Positions 8,480 through 16,686 of a stretch of DNA of 17,878 nucleotides are shown here, in pieces (within the stretch, counting starts at the first letter, position 1; every line of letters begins with the position of its first letter). Position numbers and translations under genes: made by a program. The DNA is from Promethearchaeota archaeon (GTDB taxonomy: Archaea; Asgardarchaeota; Lokiarchaeia; Sigyniarchaeales; SOKP01), in NCBI GenBank assembly GCA_048938025.1, contig JBHLMP010000063.1, positions 1 through 17,878 on the forward strand, written 5' to 3'. The notes under the pieces are model-generated. The model saw nothing but the letters and a program-made list of their open reading frames with translations, did not search any database and was not told the origin of the DNA.

Positions 8480-9031
8480 TTGAAAGAGTTTTACATTAAA
8501 ATCTCAAAATTTTTAGCTTACATTTTGAGACATGATCCAGAAAAATTCCATTTACAGCTAGATTTAGAAGGATATGCTGAATTAAATGCTGTTCTTAAAA
8601 TACTAAATACTAGATACCAAGATCAAGAAATTACAAGAGATTTAATTGAAAAAATTATCCTCGAATCAGATAAGAGAAGGTTTGAAATAGTCGAAAATAA
8701 GATTAGAGCATTCTATGGTCATAGTCTAAAGCAGAAAATTAAAATGAAGGAAGCAGAGATTTTACCTCCTTTTTTATTTCATGGGACTACAAAACGAGCA
8801 TATGAAAGGATAATTAAAGAAGGCTTAAAGAGTGAGAATCGCCAATATGTGCATTTATCAGGAAATGTAGAAGATGCTATGTTAGTAGGAAAGCGTAGGA
8901 CGAATAATCCGATAATCCTTAAAATAAATACTAAGACTGCTAAAGAGAAGGGAATAATTTTTTATGAATCTGGAGATTTATATTTAACAGAATTTATCCT
9001 TCCAAATTTTATAAGCAAGTTAGAAGAATGA
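8480..9031 (+). CDS. kptA: RNA 2'-phosphotransferase (KptA/Tpt1 family)
   Basis: SKFLAYILRH, DKRRF, IRAFYGHS, LFHGT, EGL...RQYVHLS, VGKRR motifs. TTG start with GAGG upstream, 10 nt after the radical SAM stop. Confidence 0.93.
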   Translation: MKEFYIKISKFLAYILRHDPEKFHLQLDLEGYAELNAVLKILNTRYQDQEITRDLIEKIILESDKRRFEIVENKIRAFYGHSLKQKIKMKEAEILPPFLFHGTTKRAYERIIKEGLKSENRQYVHLSGNVEDAMLVGKRRTNNPIILKINTKTAKEKGIIFYESGDLYLTEFILPNFISKLEE

Positions 9032-9063
9032 GATAGATAAAAATTTGAAATAAAATTTTTAAT

Positions 9064-11952
9064 TTAAGTTTTTATATAAATTGCTGGTTTATAGGGTATA
9101 GCTTTTATGACGCGATTATTTGGATCATATTCTGAATTGATAATTATTGGATTATTGACTCTTTTTTCAATGTGGTTCTTATATTCTTCTAGTATTTCAT
9201 TCTCATAAAAAGTAAATAATTCTTTTTCCCATATCCTATTTTTAATTTGACTCTTAATATAAGAAATTAAATCTTTATTTTTTATAAGCTCTTTATTTTT
9301 TTTACATTCAGCTAAAATTTCATTAAAGTTCCCTTTTTGTGAAACAATTATTTTTGAAACCTTATTTTTCCAGTTAGGAGCTGTATATAAGTAAATATCA
9401 TTTGAATCTACAGATTTTACTATTTTTTTAATATTTAAGATATCATCTATAACAGTTGCTATGTAGTCATACTCTTTTTCCAGTTTTTCATTAATAAGAT
9501 CCATGTGAAAATCACCCCAAATCGTCTCTGAGATAAAACCTTTATTTCCCATTAATTGCCATAGTTCTTCACATAAATGGGGCATAGTTAAAGAGAGAAT
9601 TTGAATCCAATCAGGAAAAATAATTTTAAATACAATTTTAATATCATCTCGATCCTCACAATATCTAATATAATCTTGTATTAGGTTAAAAACCTCGTAG
9701 AATGATAATTGCAGATATTTCCTTTGATTTAATTCCTCCAATCCTCTTTCTGCCTTAATTAAGATTCTGAGACATTTTGATAAGATAACCTTTGAATACT
9801 TAGATTGAATATTCCCTATTTTTGCTTCAATATCTTTTATCTTTTCTATATTTTCGACCGCAAACATATAAAATCGGTTAATATGATTTTTAACTATTTG
9901 AATCTGTTTCTCTCTCCAATCCATATTTATTCCAAAATCAGCGCTATGAGAGATATAGAGCCTAAATAAATCTGCAGAATAATTTGATTGAATCGAGCCC
10001 ATTTGAATGATATTTCCTTTTGACTTTCCCATTTTTTGACCTTCTATAATTACAGGTTCGATTAACGAAACAATTTTTGGCCAATGCTTTTCCGGAAAAA
10101 TGGCAACATGATGGAAAATATAAAAGCTCAAATGATTTGAGATATGCATTATAGCAGTATGACGATGATCTACTGGATACCAGTAAAGAAATTCATCTTG
10201 CATTTGTTTCAATAACTTAGAATTGATATTCGTCTTATTCGATACGACAGAGAGTTCACCTTTTTCCAGGAAAACAAAATCAAAAAATTCGGGGATTAAT
10301 TGCTCAGGTGTAATATTGTATTTTTTTAGCAAATGAGATATTGTATAGAAACTCATATATATCGTAGAATCACTTAAAGATTCTATAATCCACTCTTTAT
10401 CAAATGGAAGTTTTGTGCCCAAACCTCTCTTTCTAGCACAAGGTCTTTTCTCTAGCCAATGAAAAACGTTTTCGAAATTCGTTCTATATTTTTTAGGGAT
10501 AATAACCATCTTGTTTAAACAATCAAATGCTTTTTGCTTCCAATCCCCTGCATTGAAATTTATAAACCATTGATCCTTCAAAATTGAAACAATTATCTGT
10601 TCTCCACATCTGCATTTAAGACCTTTAGTAATTGGAATGTACAATTTTCCTGCCTTATTATCTTCAATTAGATCATTAATTACTTCGGTGACCACTTCAT
10701 ATACTTTTTTTCCTTCATATTTTTCGCATTTATCGTTTAAAATACCATTATAGAATTCATTTTTGTAATTCTCTGAAGTTGCATTATCTAATTTCTCTAT
10801 GTCTTTTTGTGAGTGAACTTTAAATTTTTCACAATAGATTTTTGCTGGAATATCATCAAATCCATCTAGATCGATAATTTGAATTGGCTCTATATTGTCG
10901 ATTTCTTCCTTATTTAGATTAAATGCTTTAATTATTTTTTCATCTTTTTGTATATCGATTAATGCAATATAGTCATACGGCGCATGAGCCGGTACTGAGT
11001 AAACTACTCCTGTAGCTACCGAAGTATCTACAAAGTTTCCTGGCAAAACTATAAGATCCTTCTTTCCATATACCTCTCTTACTCTTTTGCCAATTAGCTC
11101 CCGTCCTTTTACTTTCTTCAAAATCGTTACATTTTTATTTTGATTTTTCAATAGATCTGTTGCCTCTTCAGATATTATCCATTTCTCTCCATTTACATTT
11201 GCATAAACATAGGTTCCATTTGGATTTAACCATAGATTAGTTGCACCATAAATTGTTTCTGGTCTTAAAGTTGCAGGAACTAAATAAGCATCCTCAAAGG
11301 GAAATTTGATACATATATATTCATTAATATCTAAATTGAGTTCATCTCCTCCTGATATATCATCTTCACCGACTGCATTTTCACATCTGGGACAATACAG
11401 AATTGGGTATTCACCTTTTTCCAAATATCCTAGTTCAGATAAGTGATAGTATTGCCATTCAATAAATTTATTATATAATTCATCTCCAGTAGTAAAATCT
11501 CTTCTCCAATCGATACTCATTCCAAATGATTTAAAATCAATTTCTATTGTATTAGAGAAATATTTTACAACATTCCAAGGATCTATAAAATTATATACAA
11601 TTTCCTCAATTGTTTTTTGATCTTTAGTGTGTAATGACACATAATCTTTCATTCTTTCAATTGTTTCTTGATCGTTCCTTTCAATAGAGGAAGAGATTGC
11701 TAAAACGGGAGTTCCTGTAATATGAAAAGCCATTGGATATAAAACATTATACCCTTTTGCTCGATAATATCTTGCAAAAATATCACCATTTACAAAACTT
11801 CTACCATTCCCGATATGCATTGTACCAGAAGCATATGGATATGGTGATGTAATAAATATCTTTTTCTTATCTGGATCTGGATTAGCTTCAAAAATTTTTG
11901 CTTCTTCCCATTTACCTTGCCATTTCTTTTCTAGTTGTCTTGGATTATACAC
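9064..11952 (-). CDS. leuS: Leucine--tRNA ligase, archaeal type
   Basis: PYPYASGTMHIGN (HIGH), CP1 editing motifs ATLRPETIYG and GVVYSVPAHAPYDY, IESLSDSTIY, KMGKSKGN (KMSKS), C-terminal KAIPYKPAIYI. GTG start 5 nt after GGTGGT. Confidence 0.97.
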   Translation of the reverse strand: MYNPRQLEKKWQGKWEEAKIFEANPDPDKKKIFITSPYPYASGTMHIGNGRSFVNGDIFARYYRAKGYNVLYPMAFHITGTPVLAISSSIERNDQETIERMKDYVSLHTKDQKTIEEIVYNFIDPWNVVKYFSNTIEIDFKSFGMSIDWRRDFTTGDELYNKFIEWQYYHLSELGYLEKGEYPILYCPRCENAVGEDDISGGDELNLDINEYICIKFPFEDAYLVPATLRPETIYGATNLWLNPNGTYVYANVNGEKWIISEEATDLLKNQNKNVTILKKVKGRELIGKRVREVYGKKDLIVLPGNFVDTSVATGVVYSVPAHAPYDYIALIDIQKDEKIIKAFNLNKEEIDNIEPIQIIDLDGFDDIPAKIYCEKFKVHSQKDIEKLDNATSENYKNEFYNGILNDKCEKYEGKKVYEVVTEVINDLIEDNKAGKLYIPITKGLKCRCGEQIIVSILKDQWFINFNAGDWKQKAFDCLNKMVIIPKKYRTNFENVFHWLEKRPCARKRGLGTKLPFDKEWIIESLSDSTIYMSFYTISHLLKKYNITPEQLIPEFFDFVFLEKGELSVVSNKTNINSKLLKQMQDEFLYWYPVDHRHTAIMHISNHLSFYIFHHVAIFPEKHWPKIVSLIEPVIIEGQKMGKSKGNIIQMGSIQSNYSADLFRLYISHSADFGINMDWREKQIQIVKNHINRFYMFAVENIEKIKDIEAKIGNIQSKYSKVILSKCLRILIKAERGLEELNQRKYLQLSFYEVFNLIQDYIRYCEDRDDIKIVFKIIFPDWIQILSLTMPHLCEELWQLMGNKGFISETIWGDFHMDLINEKLEKEYDYIATVIDDILNIKKIVKSVDSNDIYLYTAPNWKNKVSKIIVSQKGNFNEILAECKKNKELIKNKDLISYIKSQIKNRIWEKELFTFYENEILEEYKNHIEKRVNNPIIINSEYDPNNRVIKAIPYKPAIYIKT

Positions 11953-12091
11953 TTTCTACCACCAATTTTTTTATGAGCTCAATAGGGCAATCACCCATCC
12001 TTAATCTTTTTCAAATAAATAAGCACACCAAGCAAACAAATCCGTGGAAAATTTATAAGAAAAAGGTTGAGTGGATTTGTTTCGCTCATAA
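11953..12091 (-). promoter_or_regulatory. Structured leuS leader region (candidate attenuator)
   Basis: Perfect 10-bp helix 12082..12073 with 12043..12034; 8-bp helix 12091..12084 with 11978..11971; U-tracts in the loop; SD GGUGGU at 11963..11958. Confidence 0.6.
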
Positions 12092-12166
12092 TAATAAAAC
12101 TGCTAAGAGTAAATTATCTAAGGATAATCTTGACAATCTTCTTAAAGCAATCTTATTTGAACTCAT
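12086..12166 (-). CDS. Leucine-rich leader peptide (26 aa) upstream of leuS
   Basis: ATG AGT TCA AAT AAG ATT GCT TTA AGA AGA TTG TCA AGA TTA TCC TTA GAT AAT TTA CTC TTA GCA GTT TTA TTA TTA TGA = MSSNKIALRRLSRLSLDNLLLAVLLL*. 10 of 26 residues are Leu; same strand as leuS. Confidence 0.75.
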   Translation of the reverse strand: MSSNKIALRRLSRLSLDNLLLAVLLL

Positions 12167-12190
12167 TGTTATAATAATCTTATCTTTTCT

Positions 12191-12208
12191 TTTATATAAA
12201 TTTTTACT
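12191..12208 (-). promoter_or_regulatory. BRE + TATA box of the leader peptide-leuS transcript
   Basis: Minus strand reads AGTAAAAA-TTTATATAAA. The TATA box begins 34 nt before the leader ATG (12166), which puts the transcription start within a few nt of that ATG. Confidence 0.6.
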
Positions 12209-12248
12209 TGAAAGATTTGAGTAAAAAGACCGAAATATTCAAGAGATT

Positions 12249-13295
12249 CTATTTCACTATAACCATTTCATGCAATGTCTTTCCTTCTTCTTTATATACT
12301 GTTCCGTTATAGAGAATATCAATATTGAATTTCGTATTAAATCTAAAATATCCTGGTTTAAGTCTAAGCAAATATTTAGCAATAAAGCGTAGAACTGGGC
12401 TTAATTCAAATAATAAATTATTACCATCAATAATATCTTGCACTTCAAGTGATACCTGCTGTTGATCGGTTATTTTAAATATTAAAGATTTTGGATAAGA
12501 ATTATTAACTTTTTCATGGTATTGAAAGTTTTCTTGTATTACTTCATATTCACCAGTACTGAGTATTATATTTTCATCTTTAGCTAGCATTAACACTTTT
12601 ATTGGATAATTATCCATCTTTTTATTACATTTAATGTAAGCAAAAATCATCGTAAATGTATCAGAATAGAGACGTCCCCAATACCAATAATCTACAACAC
12701 GAACCATGTTAAAATTAAGCCAATTATGATCGTGATAACCAATACCCTTTACGGACATTTGTTCATTATTTATTTTTATTGTTCCCTCTACATCGGCTCT
12801 CGGAAGAGCTACACACCATCCAAAATGACCTAATTTTCCAAATTGCGTATAACCCTTCCCGGGCATCCACCCATGAACTTTAGCTTTATACATTAAATGA
12901 AAACCAATATCATTTTCATCTAAAAAAACCTCATAGATAGGCAATTTTTCATTTGAATAGTCAGCTTTCACAAAGTTCTTTCCAATTCTTATATCTGCTT
13001 TATCATCTGAAATGACAAAATCAGAATGCTGATAATCAACAATTTTTTGAATTTTTTCACCATCAGGTTTATAAATTACTATTTCTACGCCTGTCTTACC
13101 AGTCCGCTCATGTTTTGCACGAAAAAACCCAACTACTACATATCCATTATCAAGACGAGCATCAAAATACCACCATTCTGTATTACCTTTCTTCTTCATA
13201 TCAATATGTAGAGCATCATACTCTGGTTTAAATTCTGTTATTTCCCCATCTTTTCTTCCAGGACCAGACCACGCTTCTTTAATAATATTTGTCAT
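12249..13295 (-). CDS. CrtC/AttH-like (hydroxyneurosporene synthase / tocopherol cyclase / Diels-Alderase-like) double beta-barrel protein
   Basis: EWWYFDARLDNG and GIGYHDHNW, WYWGR motifs; beta-rich. GAGGAGA ribosome-binding site upstream. Confidence 0.7.
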   Translation of the reverse strand: MTNIIKEAWSGPGRKDGEITEFKPEYDALHIDMKKKGNTEWWYFDARLDNGYVVVGFFRAKHERTGKTGVEIVIYKPDGEKIQKIVDYQHSDFVISDDKADIRIGKNFVKADYSNEKLPIYEVFLDENDIGFHLMYKAKVHGWMPGKGYTQFGKLGHFGWCVALPRADVEGTIKINNEQMSVKGIGYHDHNWLNFNMVRVVDYWYWGRLYSDTFTMIFAYIKCNKKMDNYPIKVLMLAKDENIILSTGEYEVIQENFQYHEKVNNSYPKSLIFKITDQQQVSLEVQDIIDGNNLLFELSPVLRFIAKYLLRLKPGYFRFNTKFNIDILYNGTVYKEEGKTLHEMVIVK

Positions 13296-13620
13296 ATTAT
13301 TTTATCTCCTCTTAATTTTGATTAATCTAATGAAAAAATATATTTGTAGTATTATTTAGTATTGGAATAATAATTAATTTAATTACTATTGTAATTTTGA
13401 AGGCAGTGATTATCATTTAAGTCAATTTGATAGTATTAGATTTGTTAAAATGATAATAATAACGTTAAATGTGAAAAACCTAAGAGAATAAATTATAAAA
13501 AATTTTTGACCTTTTATAAAATAAATTGATATATATTACAATATCTACAATTAGAATAATATTCTTAGCAAATAAGAATCTCAAAAAAATTAATTTTAAA
13601 AAAAATTAAGGCTAAAGAAA

Positions 13621-14163
13621 ATGGGAGAAAATGTGATATTCATTCAAGGAGAGCAAATAGATTTATTAGTAAAAAATATAGATCATAGTAAAGTATATCA
13701 TAAATGGGTGAATAATCCAATTGTTCGGAAATATCTATCTGTAGAGATTCCAGAATCTCTAGAAGCAATAAAAAAGGAGTGGTTTCCAGACGATAAAGAT
13801 TACCAGAATATATGGTTTGAAATTTGGTATAAAGAAGATCAGATAGCAATAGGAATGGTAGGTTTAATTAGAATAAATTACATCTATCGAAATGCAGAAA
13901 TTGGTATTTTTATAGGCGAGATTGAATATTGGGGAAAAGGATTAGGCACTGAAGCTGTTAATTTAATGCTTGATTATGCGTTTAACACGTTGAACTTATA
14001 TAAGATTGTGGTGGGTGTTAATGAGAATAATACTCAATCATTAAAAATGTTTAAAAAAATTGGGTTTGCCGAAGAAGGGCATCTAAAAGAAATGGAGTTT
14101 ATTAATGGAAAATGGTCAGATTTAAAATGGTTAGGTATATTTAAGAAAGATAGAAAAGATTAG
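13621..14163 (+). CDS. GNAT family N-acetyltransferase (RimJ/RimL-like)
   Basis: AEIGIFIGE..YWGKGLGTEA..LMLDYAF..LNL.KI...V...N..S...FKKIGF.EEG.LK. Confidence 0.92.
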   Translation: MGENVIFIQGEQIDLLVKNIDHSKVYHKWVNNPIVRKYLSVEIPESLEAIKKEWFPDDKDYQNIWFEIWYKEDQIAIGMVGLIRINYIYRNAEIGIFIGEIEYWGKGLGTEAVNLMLDYAFNTLNLYKIVVGVNENNTQSLKMFKKIGFAEEGHLKEMEFINGKWSDLKWLGIFKKDRKD

Positions 14164-14261
14164 GAAAACGAGAAAAAAAGACAAGAAATTAGATATCATT
14201 ATTTTTATAATTATCGCTATATAACCAAACAATTATTAAAAAATTATTTAATTTGATTTTT

Positions 14262-14693
14262 ATGGAAGAAATTGAAAAAGAAATTGAAGAAATTGTAAAT
14301 CGAGAGACAAAAGCATGGGATACCCAAGATGTTGATTTATTAATGACTATTTTTCATCCAGATATGGTTTGGCCATTCCCAAAAACATCTCACTCTCACG
14401 ATCCAATGGAATGGTATTTTAAATTAGGGAGATATAATTATGAGAGATGGAAAAATGGGTGGCAGACTCTATTTGATACCCATAGGTTAGTTCACAATAA
14501 AAGAAAAATTATGAAAATTGAAATGACTAAGGAAAGGGATGGCGCATTTGCAGTTGTTGATATTGATTCACTCTGGATGGATTCTGAAGGAAACAAAAAC
14601 CATTGGAAAGGTCGTGTGTGCAAGGTTTATACAAGAATGTCTAATAATGAGTGGAAACTAATTATGCATACTGGAGCTTTAGATTATTTTTAA
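14262..14693 (+). CDS. SnoaL-like / NTF2-fold protein
   Basis: EIEEIVNRETKAWDTQDVDLLMTIFHPDMVW at the N-terminus and EWKLIMHTG at the C-terminus. ATG at 14262 preferred over TTG at 14253. Confidence 0.75.
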   Translation: MEEIEKEIEEIVNRETKAWDTQDVDLLMTIFHPDMVWPFPKTSHSHDPMEWYFKLGRYNYERWKNGWQTLFDTHRLVHNKRKIMKIEMTKERDGAFAVVDIDSLWMDSEGNKNHWKGRVCKVYTRMSNNEWKLIMHTGALDYF

Positions 14694-14805
14694 CAACTCT
14701 TTTTTCCCATAACATCAAAAAAGTCAAAAGTTTATTATACTTGGATTCTTTTATTTATTAGTTCTTTTAGAGTTAAACCTTAAAGAATTAATTTCAAAAA
14801 AAAAT

Positions 14806-15066
14806 TTGGTTATAATATTGGTAAAAGGAACAGTAAAATGGTTTAATAGCCGTAAAGGTTATGGATTTATAAATTCTGAAGAAGGAAATGATGTGTTTGT
14901 TCATTACTCTGCTTTAGCTGGAGGAGAAGATGAGTATTTAACTTTGAATGAAATGGATAAGGTTGAATTCGATGTTGTTCAAGGTCAAAAAGGACCTCAG
15001 GCGAGTAATGTTGTTGTTATCGAAAAAGCACCTCAAAGTCCATATAAAAGTGGATTTCGAATTTAA
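14806..15066 (+). CDS. Cold-shock domain protein (CspA family)
   Basis: [16 protein letters not shown] (RNP1), DVFVHYS (RNP2), [17 protein letters not shown]. Only TTG starts are available (14806 or 14818). Confidence 0.93.
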   Translation: MVIILVKGTVKWFNSRKGYGFINSEEGNDVFVHYSALAGGEDEYLTLNEMDKVEFDVVQGQKGPQASNVVVIEKAPQSPYKSGFRI

Positions 15067-15258
15067 TTTTAGGAATTACTATAAATCTAAAAAAGAAATA
15101 ATTTGGTATAAGTATTAAATAATAATTAGTAAAAATCTATTTTTGCTATTGTTATCGAATCTTATCTTTTTTTTTAATATTTTAATCCATGTTCAGTATA
15201 AGTAAGTTTAAAAATATAATAATTTATTAATTTATAAAATAAGGAATAGATAAAAGGA

Positions 15259-16107
15259 ATGAATGATATTTTATTTCTTTGCCTTATATTTTTTTTATGT
15301 GTAAGAATTTTTGGTTTTGGGGTATCTATCGATTTTCTTTTGGATAAAAAAGATTCAAAGTTTATTCTATTTTCTCTGGGTTGGGGTTTATGGATAGTAG
15401 CTAACTCATTTGCCCTCTTATATATTATTTTTAAAGAAGATAATTCTAATTTATTACTTGTTCTTAATGTTCTCTTTGCAGCAATCGGGGCTATATTATA
15501 TGCTTGGGGTTTTTTCATATATTTCACTTCAATACCTTATAAATTGATGAATTTATTAATCCTTATTACAATAATTCTTACAATTTTTCTTTACTTTCTT
15601 GATTATACATCGATAGCTGTTATTTTTTGTAATGGAATGATTAATGTTCTAATCACTAGTGCTTTTATTATTCCCTTATTGAAAAAAAAGAAGCTTAAAA
15701 ATTATATAGGAAGAAGTATAAAATGGTATTATGCAACTATACTGCTCTTTTTGTCATATTTACCTGTAACTATTATTGGTTTCGTGCAAGGTTACGGTTA
15801 TGGATTGTATAATCAAGAGAATCCTGTAATAATTTTATTTAATTATGTTCCTAGTATATCTGCTTCTCTTTTATTAATAATCTTACTTGTACATGTTGAA
15901 TATAATAGTTCTGCCAGTCAAAAGTTTGAATTAAAAGATAAATATTCTCATAATTTGGGGAATATTTTGCAGACAATTTCAAGTACCTTTGAACTTATTA
16001 TAAAAGAAGCATTTTCAGAAACAGAATTAAACAAAATGAATAAATTAATAATGGATAAAGTAAAAGAAGCTTCAAAATTATTAAAAGAAATTCGTGAAAT
16101 TAAGTAA
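15259..16107 (+). CDS. Multi-pass membrane protein (about 7 TM) with C-terminal HisKA-like helical hairpin, no ATPase domain
   Basis: About seven hydrophobic stretches, then DKYSHNLGNILQTI (H-box-like) and a second helix ending at the stop. Confidence 0.7.
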   Translation: MNDILFLCLIFFLCVRIFGFGVSIDFLLDKKDSKFILFSLGWGLWIVANSFALLYIIFKEDNSNLLLVLNVLFAAIGAILYAWGFFIYFTSIPYKLMNLLILITIILTIFLYFLDYTSIAVIFCNGMINVLITSAFIIPLLKKKKLKNYIGRSIKWYYATILLFLSYLPVTIIGFVQGYGYGLYNQENPVIILFNYVPSISASLLLIILLVHVEYNSSASQKFELKDKYSHNLGNILQTISSTFELIIKEAFSETELNKMNKLIMDKVKEASKLLKEIREIK

Positions 16108-16113
16108 GGTTAT

Positions 16114-16686
16114 TTAAGTCTCTATCATCGGATTATATTCATCCTCTTCTAATCCAAAAGTCCAAGCAATTGCTTCTTTGCAAGTTTTAACTATTGGGGG
16201 AACTCGTAATATATAGTATTTATTAGTGGTACTATCTTTTACTTTAACTACTCTAATGGGTTCTGTAAAAGTACCCAAATTCAGATTAATTAGTTGAGAT
16301 TCTCCATCTTGATGGATAATTTCTCCCTTTAACTCATTAATTAATCTTACATGACCAAATTGATTTAACAATAAACTTCTAATTTCCACATTTCGACAAC
16401 TCAAAACTTCACGAGCAGTTAAATCCCCACCTTTTAAAAAAAGTAAGTAATCTTGAAGTTTATTTAAGATTAAACTATCTTTCCATCTCTTCTTTGATTT
16501 CCTAAAAAAGTTTTGCCAATTTCCTTCATGTTTACCTGATCTATCACGCCAAATAAATCGTCTATCTCTAGAAATGCCTAAAGATTCATCGTCTTGGAGC
16601 CATAGAATATCTCTCCAAATTCTTCTTGGTATTAGATGTTCATTATCTAATATGCTCTTGATTAACTCTTTTGTCTTCTTTTCCAT
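16114..16686 (-). CDS. DUF6745-like domain protein
   Basis: NVEIRSLLL..FG..RL, VKVKDSTT..YYILRVPP...TCKEAIAWTFGL....YNP..ET C-terminal pattern, recognised from memory of the family. Confidence 0.75.
   Translation of the reverse strand: MEKKTKELIKSILDNEHLIPRRIWRDILWLQDDESLGISRDRRFIWRDRSGKHEGNWQNFFRKSKKRWKDSLILNKLQDYLLFLKGGDLTAREVLSCRNVEIRSLLLNQFGHVRLINELKGEIIHQDGESQLINLNLGTFTEPIRVVKVKDSTTNKYYILRVPPIVKTCKEAIAWTFGLEEDEYNPMIET

Noticed and set aside
11898-12224. 108-aa plus-strand ORF from the track
   Set aside because: It overlaps the leuS start and is antisense to the leader peptide and structured leader. TTG start and no recognisable motif; probably a shadow ORF.
11953-12248. T-box riboswitch or tRNA gene upstream of leuS
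   Set aside because: No UGGNACC T-box bulge motif, and no cloverleaf or TTCGA arm visible. A leader-peptide model fits better.
13296-13620. Long AT-rich divergent intergenic region with a Fur-box-like palindrome AGTGAT-T-ATCATT (13405..13417)
   Set aside because: Single imperfect short palindrome in very AT-rich DNA. No iron-related flanking genes, and no convincing ORF or RNA structure seen.
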